From Patescibacteria group bacterium (GTDB taxonomy: Bacteria; Patescibacteriota; Minisyncoccia; Minisyncoccales; UBA10102): a DNA stretch of 64,000 nucleotides. Positions 45,982 to 56,485 of this stretch are shown here, piece after piece. The DNA lies in contig JADFNM010000001.1 of NCBI GenBank assembly GCA_022563395.1, positions 270,342-334,341 of the forward strand. The letters are read 5' to 3'. Under the pieces are notes generated by a model. The model ran no database searches. It was given only the letters and a program-made list of their open reading frames with translations, and was not told the DNA's origin. Each line of letters begins with the position of its first letter. The first letter of the stretch is position 1. Position numbers and translations under genes: made by a program.

Positions 45982-46380
45982 CTAATCTCTTCTCAAAATC
46001 TTGAACTCCTTGAATCCAGTGTTCTCATCGAGCTCTCGAGAAAACTTATGCTTTTCTGACTCCCCAATAACTACCTCTGCTGTAGTATGCAAAACACATC
46101 CTTCTTTAAGGTGTCCTCCTATCGTGTTCCCTTTCTTATCTCCCAAACCAATATGTAGGTGCATCCCATCCTGCGAAAGGGTGCCTACTAAAGAGATGAT
46201 TTCAAACTTCTCATCCCATGTTCTAATCTCATTCTCATCTGCAAGCCTAAGCGTTGCCTTCTTCAAGCTTCCAACGCACGTTAGAATGAAACCTGCCTGA
46301 ATGTTGTTTTCCGCAACAAACTTCTTGAGCTCTTCTCTAAGATCCTGGCCTGGTTGAAGTCGAAAGATATGAGTTTTCAT
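45982..46380 (-). CDS. PPC domain (DUF296) protein
   Basis: FRLQPGQDLREEL...FILTCVGSLKKATLR is typical of PPC/DUF296. Confidence 0.7.
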   Translation of the reverse strand: MKTHIFRLQPGQDLREELKKFVAENNIQAGFILTCVGSLKKATLRLADENEIRTWDEKFEIISLVGTLSQDGMHLHIGLGDKKGNTIGGHLKEGCVLHTTAEVVIGESEKHKFSRELDENTGFKEFKILRRD

Positions 46381-46389
46381 ATGCTCACT

Positions 46390-46418
46390 CTACCAAAGAA
46401 CCGCCAGATTGGCGATTC
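46390..46418 (-). repeat. family-A module, copy 16 (hairpin part only)
   Basis: CTACCAAAGAACCGCCAGATTGGCGATTC, 10 nt upstream of the PPC-domain ATG. Confidence 0.75.
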
Positions 46419-46430
46419 TTTTTCTCCATA

Positions 46431-46469
46431 CTGCTTAAATCCATGCTGCTTAAATCTCGTTTAAGCATG
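46431..46469. repeat. family-B units (partial plus full)
   Basis: CTGCTTAAATCCATGCTGCTTAAATCTCGTTTAAGCATG. Confidence 0.85.
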
Positions 46470-46526
46470 ATTGACTCTATTGATTATCTCCTAAATGAAA
46501 TTTAGGAATCACTGGCTTCAATGAAT

Positions 46527-46551
46527 ATTGCTTAAATTTCGTTTAAGCAAT
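46527..46551. repeat. family-B single unit
   Basis: ATTGCTTAAATTTCGTTTAAGCAAT. Part of the ~80-bp direct repeat shared with 44882-44962. Confidence 0.9.
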
Positions 46552-46625
46552 AAGAGCTCCCCCCCAATCGGGCACAGTCAAAACTGCAATCCTTATGTAA
46601 GTCCGAATTGCACAGGGGTTTACAG

Positions 46626-46653
46626 TTGTAATCAATAGCAAAACCTGTATAAT
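46626..46653 (+). promoter_or_regulatory. promoter candidate for tRNA-Asn (extended -10)
   Basis: TTGTAA, 16-nt spacer, TGTATAAT. About 45 nt upstream of the tRNA. Confidence 0.5.
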
Positions 46654-46699
46654 GACAAAGTAGAAGAATGCAACAGTGGAGATTTGAAGACGCGCGGGC

Positions 46700-46771
46700 T
46701 CCGCGGTAGCTCAACGGTAGAGCCATTCGCTGTTAACGAAGGGGTTGTAGGTTCGAATCCTACCCGCGGAG
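46700..46771 (+). tRNA. tRNA-Asn (anticodon GUU)
   Basis: Acceptor TCCGCGG/CCGCGGA, anticodon loop CTGTTAA, T-loop GGTTCGAATCC. Confidence 0.9.
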
Positions 46772-46792
46772 CTCGCGTGTTTTCTTTACAAC

Positions 46793-46820
46793 AAAAACAG
46801 GGTGCTTATGCCCTGTTTTT
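46793..46820. terminator. bidirectional terminator between tRNA-Asn and rpoD
   Basis: AAAAACAGGG-N8-CCCTGTTTTT. Confidence 0.75.
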
Positions 46821-46847
46821 GTGTAGATAACTTAGCCGGGATAAATT

Positions 46848-48212
46848 TTAATAACCGCGGAGTTTTTTTAAAGACCGGTGGTCCCGGATTTTCTCTAGAG
46901 ATTTAGCCTCAATCTGGCGGATGCGCTCTCTTGTAACGCCAAATTCACTTCCCACTTCTTCTAGGGTGTGGGTAATTCCATCATCCAGGCCAAAGCGCAT
47001 AGCAAGAATCTTTTGTTCTCGTGGGGTAAGATCAATTAAGATTTCTTTTAAGCGCTCTTTTAAAAGATTTCTTGATGCTTCCACAGAAGGAGGTGGAACC
47101 TTTTCGTCTTCCACAAACTCAGCCAGCACGCTGTCTTCATCATCCTTTCCTACGGGAGTTTCCAAAGACACGGTTTCCTGAGAAATCCTTTGAATCTGGT
47201 GAATCTTCTCTATCTGAAGCCCCATCTCGGCTGCAACCTCCTCTGCTAAAGGCTCCCTTCCCAAATCCTGCAGCAAGCGCCTTCTTACCTGGGTGTACTT
47301 TGAGATGGTTTCAATCATGTGCACGGGAATACGAATGGTCCGCGCCTGGTCAGCTAGAGCTCTGGTAATGGCTTGCCTAATCCACCAGGTAGCGTATGTT
47401 GAAAACTTGTATCCCCGCCTCCAGTCAAACTTCTCTACCGCACGAAACAACCCGAGATTTCCCTCTTGGATCAAGTCCAGCAGGGTAAGGTTTGGGGAGC
47501 GACCTACATATCTCTTTGCAATAGAAACCACGAGGCGGAGATTTGCCCGTGCCAACTGCTTTTTTGCCTCAATGTCTCCTTTTTCAATGCGCTTTGCAAG
47601 CTCTTTTTCTTGCTCTGCTGTTACAAAAGGAATTTTGCCGATTTCTTTTAAGTACATCTGCACCGAGTCTAAAGGAGCTTCTGCTTCCACCCTTTTCTTT
47701 TCTACCTCTTCTTTTTGAGGCACACTCAGGTATTCTCTTACCTCTTCCACCCGAATACCAGACTCCTCTAACCTTTCGTACAAGGCCTCCAGAGCAGGAA
47801 CCTTCTTTTCAATGCCGGGGAAAGCGTACAAGATTTCAGAATACGTTACAAACCCCCGGGGCTGTCCTCTTTCAAAAAGTTCCTGGAGGAGATCCTCTGA
47901 AAACAAGGCTCTTTCCCCCTTCCTTCCTCTGCCCTGCTTTTTCGTTTGCCTGAAGTGTGGGCGGATAAACGTTCGCTTTGTGGGGCGAGGAACCAACTGC
48001 TTGGTTCCTCGCGGGGTCAGAGTCAACTGCTTGACTCTGGCGGGCGATTTAGCGAGGCGTCTCTGCCAAGCGTTAGAAATCGCCCTGGGCTTGCGGCGAG
48101 AGGTCATAGAGCGCCCCGGGTCTAATTTTTTCTTCTTCTTTCTTGTCGGCTTACGCCTCTTTTGCGTACCCGCCGGCGTAACGGGCCTTTTTGCTTTCTG
48201 TTTTCTTGCCAT
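46848..48212 (-). CDS. rpoD: RNA polymerase sigma factor RpoD with ~110 aa basic N-terminal extension
   Basis: Regions 1.2-4.2 ([44 protein letters not shown]). 3 nt downstream of dnaG. Confidence 0.95.
   Translation of the reverse strand: MARKQKAKRPVTPAGTQKRRKPTRKKKKKLDPGRSMTSRRKPRAISNAWQRRLAKSPARVKQLTLTPRGTKQLVPRPTKRTFIRPHFRQTKKQGRGRKGERALFSEDLLQELFERGQPRGFVTYSEILYAFPGIEKKVPALEALYERLEESGIRVEEVREYLSVPQKEEVEKKRVEAEAPLDSVQMYLKEIGKIPFVTAEQEKELAKRIEKGDIEAKKQLARANLRLVVSIAKRYVGRSPNLTLLDLIQEGNLGLFRAVEKFDWRRGYKFSTYATWWIRQAITRALADQARTIRIPVHMIETISKYTQVRRRLLQDLGREPLAEEVAAEMGLQIEKIHQIQRISQETVSLETPVGKDDEDSVLAEFVEDEKVPPPSVEASRNLLKERLKEILIDLTPREQKILAMRFGLDDGITHTLEEVGSEFGVTRERIRQIEAKSLEKIRDHRSLKKLRGY
47986..48046. 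repeat. family-C GC-rich hairpin element inside the rpoD coding sequence
   Basis: CGAGGAACCAACTGCTTGGTTCCTCG and CAGAGTCAACTGCTTGACTCTG hairpins. Near-identical to 28265-28300. Confidence 0.85.
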
Positions 48213-48215
48213 ATA

Positions 48216-49967
48216 TTATTGAGATAACTCCCTGGTTATCTCATGAAATTCCTGCAAAAGCAAGTCGAGTTTTGCTCCTTCTTTTGCCCCTTCTGCCTTC
48301 TTAACTTCCTGTATGATCTCTTCCAAGCGCTCTCTTAAAGAAAATACCGCAAGGGATTTCAAACACAGGTGAAACTCATCTTCCAAACCTTCTTCATCTT
48401 CTTCAAGATCTGCCAGCAAGGCAATGTGCTTTACTATTTTCAGGTTTGTTTCTGGGAATATCTTTTCTAAAGAAGAAAAATCCAAGTCCTCTGCTTTTTT
48501 AAGCCCCGTAACGATCTCTTGCGTTCTAAGAGACATCTGTTTTACATCTTGCTCTTTGAGTTTTTTTAAGTTCTCTTTGTCACGGAACAGTAAAATGAGA
48601 ATGCGCTCTTCAATCAACTCTCGTCTCCCTTTCTTTTCTTTTGGGGGTTGCGCCAAGGGAGCTGTCTCTTTTCGTTCTCCAGGATCTTTTTTGACTTTCG
48701 ATAACTCCTCAAAAACTGCCTCTTCTTTTACTCCAAGCTCCACGGCCAAACGCTGAATCCAGTGGGTCTGCTCAATTTTGTTGGGAAGCTTGCTGATAAT
48801 ATGCAACAGAAACGTTCCTGCCTTCTTTTTTCCTTCGGCTGTTGTCCTATCAAACTGAGAAAACGCTGTTTCAAAATAATAATCAATAATAGAAAAAGCC
48901 TGAGAAAGCGCTTTCTCCCACAAAGCGGGATCTTCCCTGGCAATGTCTGCTGGGTCTTTTCCTTTTAAAAGACGAGCAATCTTTAAATTAAACCCTTCAG
49001 ACAAGGCCAGCTCAATGCCTCTCTTGGTTGCTGAATCCCCTGCAACGTCCATGTCAAAAGCCAATACTAGATTCTCTGAATAACGCTTTAACAACTGAAG
49101 ATGAAAAGAGGTCAAGGCGGTTCCCGAGGTTGCAACCACATTCTTTGTTGCAGTCTGGGTTGTCAAGATAACATCCATGTATCCTTCCACTAAAATGCAA
49201 GAATCCTGTTTTCGCATTTCCAGTTTTGCCTTGTCCAATCCATAGAGAATCCTCCCTTTGTCATACAGAGGAGTTCCGGGGGTGTTCACATATTTTGCAA
49301 GGTCCTTTCCTTCCTTACCAAAGATTCTGCCTCCAAAACCAACAACGACGCCTTGCACACTGAACACGGGAAACATAATGCGAGAACGAAACCTATCGTA
49401 CACTCCCTCATCCGTTCTCACCAAAAGCCCCGCCCTACCGATTTCCTGCTCTCGGTATCCCTTCTCCAGCAAAAAGTCCAGTAGGGTTCTTTTGGTATCT
49501 GGCGCATATCCCAAACTCCAGGTTATAAAGGACTCGTCTGAAACTCCCCTGCTTTTTAGATATTCCTTTGCCGCAAGACCCTGCTGTGACTCAAGCTGCT
49601 TTGCAAAAAACTTGGAGGCGAGTTCCAAAACCTCTTCTAAGCGCTTTCTCTCTGACTGCAGTCTAGCAAAGGCAGGGTCTCTTTTGGGAAGTTCTACTCC
49701 TGCTTTTTGGGCCAACAGGCGTAACACATCCCCAAACTCTATACTCTCAATCTGCATAACAAACTGAAATACGTCTCCCCCAACCGAACACCCAAAACAG
49801 TGGTACATCTGGCGGGCTGGACTCACAAAAAAGGAAGGACCCTTTTCTGAATGAAAGGGACACAGGGCACGATAATTTGCCCCGGCCTTCTGGAGTTTCA
49901 CGTATTCTCCAACTACTTGAACTATGTCTAATCTATTTTTTATTTCTTCTATGGGAGAATTGAGCAT
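48216..49967 (-). CDS. dnaG: DNA primase
   Basis: Zinc ribbon CPFHSEKGPSFFV...CFGC, TOPRIM (EGYMDV) domain. Confidence 0.93.
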   Translation of the reverse strand: MLNSPIEEIKNRLDIVQVVGEYVKLQKAGANYRALCPFHSEKGPSFFVSPARQMYHCFGCSVGGDVFQFVMQIESIEFGDVLRLLAQKAGVELPKRDPAFARLQSERKRLEEVLELASKFFAKQLESQQGLAAKEYLKSRGVSDESFITWSLGYAPDTKRTLLDFLLEKGYREQEIGRAGLLVRTDEGVYDRFRSRIMFPVFSVQGVVVGFGGRIFGKEGKDLAKYVNTPGTPLYDKGRILYGLDKAKLEMRKQDSCILVEGYMDVILTTQTATKNVVATSGTALTSFHLQLLKRYSENLVLAFDMDVAGDSATKRGIELALSEGFNLKIARLLKGKDPADIAREDPALWEKALSQAFSIIDYYFETAFSQFDRTTAEGKKKAGTFLLHIISKLPNKIEQTHWIQRLAVELGVKEEAVFEELSKVKKDPGERKETAPLAQPPKEKKGRRELIEERILILLFRDKENLKKLKEQDVKQMSLRTQEIVTGLKKAEDLDFSSLEKIFPETNLKIVKHIALLADLEEDEEGLEDEFHLCLKSLAVFSLRERLEEIIQEVKKAEGAKEGAKLDLLLQEFHEITRELSQ

Positions 49968-49969
49968 GC

Positions 49970-50317
49970 CTATTTAGAAAGTTTAGCTAGGGCCAGGGCA
50001 GCAAAGAAAAGGCCAGCATCCCGAAACACAATATCCATGGCTCCCAGGTTAAGGACAACGATTCCAAGAAAGGTAAGGGCCGAAAGCAGGGCGGAGTATA
50101 CAACCTTTTTCCCCCACAGGAGCCACAGGCCCAATGCCGCCTCATACAGAGAGAACCCTCCCAGCACCAACCCTTCCGGGATGCCAATGCGAAAGAGAAA
50201 CGTCGGGAAAAACCCTATCCAGTTCAAGGGTTCTATAAAAGAACCCAGGGCAGCATACAACAAGACGAAGCCAAGGCCTACTCTCAAAAGGAGGGCTGCT
50301 GAGACATACTGGAGCAT
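49970..50317 (-). CDS. DoxX-like membrane protein
   Basis: Four hydrophobic helices. ATG at 50317 avoids overlap with the upstream gene. Confidence 0.55.
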   Translation of the reverse strand: MLQYVSAALLLRVGLGFVLLYAALGSFIEPLNWIGFFPTFLFRIGIPEGLVLGGFSLYEAALGLWLLWGKKVVYSALLSALTFLGIVVLNLGAMDIVFRDAGLFFAALALAKLSK

Positions 50318-50325
50318 ATATACTG

Positions 50326-50763
50326 CTATTGTACGGTAATCTTTCCCGTATTGGAAATGTTCAAGTGGTTGTGGTACCCCCAGCTTCCCTGCTCCTGAAA
50401 GGCAAAGGACCAACTTTCCCCGGGAGCTATGCCTTTGCAGGCATCAAAGATTCGAGACTCCTCTCGCGTACCGCACTTTTGAATGCCAGAACCAGGATAG
50501 ATGGTGTGGGTTGGGTGAATGGCACTAGCAGGCCACATTTCCCTTGAGCTTTGGTTCTCAAATGTCACGGTTCCCCCTGCCAAAACAGCAACCTCTCTTG
50601 GGAAATACCCAGAGTCCGTATACGTTACTGTAACTGAAGATTGAGGAGGGATGCTTGCCTCTAAAGCAGCCTCTTGGGGAGCATCTCCTGACTGAAGAAA
50701 CAGAAATCCTCCCAGCACAATAATGACAACAACGGCAATGATGATATAGGTGTTTTTCGACAT
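50326..50763 (-). CDS. secreted/anchored hypothetical protein, possibly cupredoxin-like fold
   Basis: N-terminal TM followed by a beta-rich ~100 aa domain with conserved-looking His/Cys. Assignment is tentative. Confidence 0.4.
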   Translation of the reverse strand: MSKNTYIIIAVVVIIVLGGFLFLQSGDAPQEAALEASIPPQSSVTVTYTDSGYFPREVAVLAGGTVTFENQSSREMWPASAIHPTHTIYPGSGIQKCGTREESRIFDACKGIAPGESWSFAFQEQGSWGYHNHLNISNTGKITVQ

Positions 50764-50831
50764 ATGCTTCTGAAGTTAAGTAGTATGAAACTCGACTGAT
50801 ATACCCTACTCTAGCAAAAGAAAGGAAAAGT

Positions 50832-51353
50832 TTAAAGCGAGAATTCTCTCAGCACTCTCCAATCTTTCAACTCTGTATTCTTTGAAGAATTGGTAAGAAA
50901 AAGACTTTTTACCTCAAAGTTTCGAGGAAACTCTCTCCCGATCTCTGTAATAATCTGTTTTTTTATCTCTTCAGAAAACTCTCCATAGAGCAAGCTCACA
51001 TGTGGCATGAAAGGAGGGACTTGTTCTCGAGAAAAGATCTTCCTTGTTTTACTGTTAGCCTTCATCAATCCTTGCGTTTCTTGTGCTCTAATGAAGACGC
51101 AACGAAAATACTCATCAGAAGAATCGAGGGCGGTGAAGGAAGTGGAAAAAGGTTTTAAAAGACCGGCTAACTCTGCCGTTTTGGACATGATTTTTTCTTC
51201 TGTCTCTACAATATCGCCAAGCAGGGTAATGTGCGGCTCAAAAAGAGGGGCGGCATACTCCTTGCTCAACCGAGATATTATTCCAGCCAGTTCATCATAC
51301 AGCTCTCCCTCAGGCATTAACCAAATGGTATACTCTTTTGTTTTCTCCATCAT
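50832..51353 (-). CDS. 2H phosphoesterase superfamily protein (LigT / cyclic phosphodiesterase-like)
   Basis: Two HxT/S motifs (EPHITLLGD and PHVSLLYG). Confidence 0.7.
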   Translation of the reverse strand: MMEKTKEYTIWLMPEGELYDELAGIISRLSKEYAAPLFEPHITLLGDIVETEEKIMSKTAELAGLLKPFSTSFTALDSSDEYFRCVFIRAQETQGLMKANSKTRKIFSREQVPPFMPHVSLLYGEFSEEIKKQIITEIGREFPRNFEVKSLFLTNSSKNTELKDWRVLREFSL

Positions 51354-51583
51354 AACAAATGCTTTCTTATAAAAGCTCTGCTAGAACCTGACTTGAGATA
51401 TTTTTCAAAGGCAAATGCTTTGTATTTACCACCAGTCCCAAAATAAAAATCTAATTTTACAGGCAAACGGTCTGTAGTGGCTGAAATTTGACCCTTGTTA
51501 TGTCTTTTCAACCTGTTCTCAAGATCGTCGGTACAACCGATGTAATAGCCGTCTTTACATTTTAAGCTGTATACATAATACAT
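51350..51583 (-). CDS. GIY-YIG domain nuclease (77 aa)
   Basis: YYVYSLKC...GYYIGCTDDLENRLKRHN. Its stop overlaps the 2H phosphoesterase start (ATGA). Confidence 0.8.
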   Translation of the reverse strand: MYYVYSLKCKDGYYIGCTDDLENRLKRHNKGQISATTDRLPVKLDFYFGTGGKYKAFAFEKYLKSGSSRAFIRKHLL

Positions 51584-51660
51584 AAAGCGGATTTATCACG
51601 CCGTAGCTGAGCCGAGCTTTTGCGAAGCTCGCCTTCGCTAAAGCTTCGGCGAAGCGAAGG

Positions 51661-51747
51661 CGGAGGGGGAGAGATTCGAACTCTCGATGCCCTTTCGGAC
51701 ATAGCTGCTCTCCAAGCAGCCGCACTAGGCCACTATGCGACCCCTCC
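51661..51747 (-). tRNA. tRNA-Ser (anticodon GGA), class II with long variable arm
   Basis: Acceptor GGAGGGG/CCCCTCC, anticodon loop TTGGAGA, variable arm TATGTCCGAAAGGGCAT, T-loop GAGAGTTCGAATCTCTC. Confidence 0.9.
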
Positions 51748-51748
51748 T

Positions 51749-52285
51749 TTATTTCGGTAATGATACTATTATCTGGGAAAGCCTGGCATGCTGTACAGCA
51801 AACTTATACACCAAAAGCTTGAGAATAGTCAAGAAATCCAGAATTTCCTCGCGCAGTATTTCAGGTCCAGAAAACACTTCCCATGTTTCTTCAAACAGGT
51901 TCCGGGCATAGTGATAGAGAATCCTGTTGTTAGCAGATTCCCTTACATACACAACAATGTTCTTGAACTCTCCCCTATCCAGCCACACTCCGTGGCATAA
52001 ACTGCACACATCCACTTTGATGTTAGAATCCCCGTACCTAACCTCATACATGGGAAGACGGTCTTTGGGGCACAGCTTTTGGTCTAAAGAAAGAACAAAC
52101 TTGGCAGGGTCTTTCCACAAATCAATGTCCAGCCATCTCAAATCCCTGTCTTTCTCATCCTTTGCCTCTCTAAGCTCATGCTCGTCAAACCACAAACCAT
52201 AGTCTTTTGGGCAATAATCAACCTCAACTCCCAAGATGGCAGACTGCTCTAAAGGTATTTGATGATGGGGACAAAGCTTTTTCAT
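51749..52285 (-). CDS. protein with two TFIIB-type zinc-ribbon domains
   Basis: Two CPxxxxP...C..C.G.W.D..E blocks. ATG at 52285 preferred over the TTG at 52321. Confidence 0.6.
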   Translation of the reverse strand: MKKLCPHHQIPLEQSAILGVEVDYCPKDYGLWFDEHELREAKDEKDRDLRWLDIDLWKDPAKFVLSLDQKLCPKDRLPMYEVRYGDSNIKVDVCSLCHGVWLDRGEFKNIVVYVRESANNRILYHYARNLFEETWEVFSGPEILREEILDFLTILKLLVYKFAVQHARLSQIIVSLPK

Positions 52286-52343
52286 TTCAAGATTATATAT
52301 TTCACTTCCTTGGCGAATCAAGGTTCTGCCAGCAGGCAGGTTC

Positions 52344-53249
52344 TTATGTTTTCTGATTTCTCAACACGGCTACGCGTTCTTCAATAGGAGGATGGCTCAT
52401 AAACAATTTATGAATCCAGCTCTTCTGTTCTTTTCCTCGAAACGGGTTTGCAATGTAAAGGTGGGATAGAGCATCGTTTGCAGATTTTAATTGATGCGGG
52501 TCAGCTGAAATCTTTTCTAAAGCCCTGGCCAATCCTTCAGGATACCGGGTCAACAAAGCACCTGAAGCATCTGCCAAGAACTCCCTCTTCCTTGAAATAG
52601 CAAGCTTCATTATTTGAGCAAGCACCGGCGCTATAACCAAGAAGACCAAGGCAATGAGAATCATCACTATTCTTGCCTGTCCTCCTCCCCTATTGTTATT
52701 TCTTCCCATACCGCCAAAGAAAGCTAAGCGAAAGAACAAATTTGCGAGTAATACCACAATTCCCACCAACACCACCACAATAGTAGAAATCAGCATGTCT
52801 TTGTTCCCAATGTGCGACAACTCATGGGAAAGGACTCCTTCCAGCTCCACGCGCTCAAGGCGCTTAAGTAGTCCCGTGGTTACTGCAACCACAGCATGTT
52901 TTGCATCTCTCCCTGTCGCAAAGGCATTGGGCTGCTGGTCCTGAATAATGAATATCCTTGGTGCTGGCAATCCTGCCGTAATGCTCAGATTCTCCACAAT
53001 TCGGTAGAGTTCAGGAGCATCTTTTTTCTCAATGGGTTTTGCATGGGACAGAGACAACACCAGCTTGTCTGAATACCAGAAAGAACCGAAGCTCATCACG
53101 ATACTCAAGACAACTGCAATCCACAAAATGAGCTGACTCCCGAGAACATAGCTCATCAACCACCCGGACCCAATCACAAAAAGAAAAAAACCCAGGAGGT
53201 ACAGCCAAGTCTTTCTTGTGTTTGCCTCCGCATGCGAGTAAATGTTCAC
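52344..53249 (-). CDS. htpX: M48 family zinc protease HtpX
   Basis: HELSHI motif, four TM helices, paired with lemA. Confidence 0.88.
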   Translation of the reverse strand: MNIYSHAEANTRKTWLYLLGFFLFVIGSGWLMSYVLGSQLILWIAVVLSIVMSFGSFWYSDKLVLSLSHAKPIEKKDAPELYRIVENLSITAGLPAPRIFIIQDQQPNAFATGRDAKHAVVAVTTGLLKRLERVELEGVLSHELSHIGNKDMLISTIVVVLVGIVVLLANLFFRLAFFGGMGRNNNRGGGQARIVMILIALVFLVIAPVLAQIMKLAISRKREFLADASGALLTRYPEGLARALEKISADPHQLKSANDALSHLYIANPFRGKEQKSWIHKLFMSHPPIEERVAVLRNQKT

Positions 53250-53260
53250 GGCACTGTTGC

Positions 53261-53824
53261 CTAAAAGTTTACTTTCGGAACTACCCGTTGCCCCTCCTCT
53301 TCAATCTCAAAGAACTCCTCTTTTTTAAATCCAAGGCTCTTTGCAACAAAGACCGCAGGGAAGTTTTGTATCATGGTGTTTAATGCCATGACTGTGGTGT
53401 TAAAAAACCTTCGTGCTGCTTGAATCTTGTCCTCTGCATCGCGAAGCTCACGCTGCAACTCCATAAAGTTTGCAGAAGCCTTAAGCTGGGGGTAGTTTTC
53501 TGCTACCGCAAACAGGGATTTTAAAGTTTGAGAAAGCATGTTTTCTGCCTTCCCCATATTCTTGACGTTTCCTGACTTTTCAGCAGAAAGCGCGTTTGCT
53601 CTCGCCTCGGTCACTTTTACGAATACTCCCCGTTCGTGCTGCGCATATCCCTTTACGGCTTCCACCAAGTTGGGAATTAAGTTGTACCTTCTCTTAAGCT
53701 GCACATCGATGTCAGAAAAGGCCTCTTTTGCCCGGTTCCTCAAGGTAATTAAGCGATTGTAGGTGAAAATTGCCCAGACGACAATAACAGCTACAACCAA
53801 AATAATGATTTGTGTAATGTTCAT
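53261..53824 (-). CDS. lemA: LemA family protein
   Basis: N-terminal TM plus the YNRLITLRNRAKEAFSDIDVQLKRR signature. Confidence 0.85.
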   Translation of the reverse strand: MNITQIIILVVAVIVVWAIFTYNRLITLRNRAKEAFSDIDVQLKRRYNLIPNLVEAVKGYAQHERGVFVKVTEARANALSAEKSGNVKNMGKAENMLSQTLKSLFAVAENYPQLKASANFMELQRELRDAEDKIQAARRFFNTTVMALNTMIQNFPAVFVAKSLGFKKEEFFEIEEEGQRVVPKVNF

Positions 53825-53910
53825 ATGCCTCTATTCTACCAACAATACCTCCAAAAAACAACACCCCGCACATAAAGTTATGTGCGGGGCGCTGTTTTTG
53901 TGGGCGTAGC

Positions 53911-53954
53911 CTGCTTAAACGAGATTTAGGAGTTCCTAAATCTCGTTTAAGCAG
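53911..53954. repeat. family-B nested palindrome, perfect 20-bp stem with 4-nt loop
   Basis: CTGCTTAAACGAGATTTAGG-AGTT-CCTAAATCTCGTTTAAGCAG, between groEL and lemA. Confidence 0.95.
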
Positions 53955-53965
53955 TATCCCATGGA

Positions 53966-55904
<1,939 letters not shown>

Positions 55905-55922
55905 AACTCTTTTGAGAATAGA

Positions 55923-55949
55923 TTAGTAAACGCAACCTTTGAGTGCTGA
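55923..55949. promoter_or_regulatory. degenerate CIRCE-like element upstream of groES
   Basis: TTAGTAAAC-N9-GAGTGCTGA versus the consensus TTAGCACTC-N9-GAGTGCTAA. Right half matches 8/9, left half 6/9. No hrcA in the window. Confidence 0.3.
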
Positions 55950-55991
55950 TTTCGCGCATAGGTACTCTACAAGACAAGAGAGAAATTGTCA

Positions 55992-56022
55992 ATAAAAAAG
56001 CCCTTCTTTGGCAAGAAGGGCT
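55992..56022 (-). terminator. rho-independent terminator after the orphan ORF at 56021-56425
   Basis: AGCCCTTCT/AGAAGGGCT stem followed by TTTTTTATTG on the minus strand. Confidence 0.7.
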
Positions 56023-56425
56023 ACTCTCGGGACAGATGCCTCATCTTCCTCACGTGCACCTGGGGACGAGGAATCCCGACGCGAGGAGCAAGATTGCGGC
56101 TGATGCGGTGCGTAAGGTTACTGAATTTCCCCTTCTGGAATCCTTCAGCGGGTTGAACCAGAACCTCAAGAATACGTTTGCGGTCCACGCCCGTCTTAAA
56201 TGAGATGCGTACATCCTCTACTCCAAGCTCTGCTCGGACCACCTCCTCAAGGAACTCGACGTCTTCAATGATTTGGACGCCTTCGTCTCTTCTTTGAGGA
56301 AGGATATCTATGGCTTTGAGCTCAACAGGCTCCTCGTCCTCTGCTTCCTCAGCTTCCTGCTCTGCCTCCTGCGGCCTCCCATTCCGATGAGGTAAAAAGA
56401 GGCGCAGGAATGATAGTATCTCCAT
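56021..56425 (-). CDS. orphan GC-rich hypothetical protein (134 aa, acidic N-terminus, basic C-terminus)
   Basis: GGAGGTG SD 5 nt upstream, TATAAT upstream, own terminator. No family recognised. Confidence 0.5.
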   Translation of the reverse strand: MEILSFLRLFLPHRNGRPQEAEQEAEEAEDEEPVELKAIDILPQRRDEGVQIIEDVEFLEEVVRAELGVEDVRISFKTGVDRKRILEVLVQPAEGFQKGKFSNLTHRISRNLAPRVGIPRPQVHVRKMRHLSRE

Positions 56426-56485
56426 TTCTCACCTCCGTAGGATTATAGTAAGCCGCTTCTAACAAATCATAAAACGGCCGAATTG

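Noticed and set aside
46532-46726. A 64-aa minus-strand ORF.
   Set aside because: It overlaps the tRNA-Asn 5' end, its promoter and a family-B repeat. Its CLNEI-stop ending is the repeat arm read in frame.
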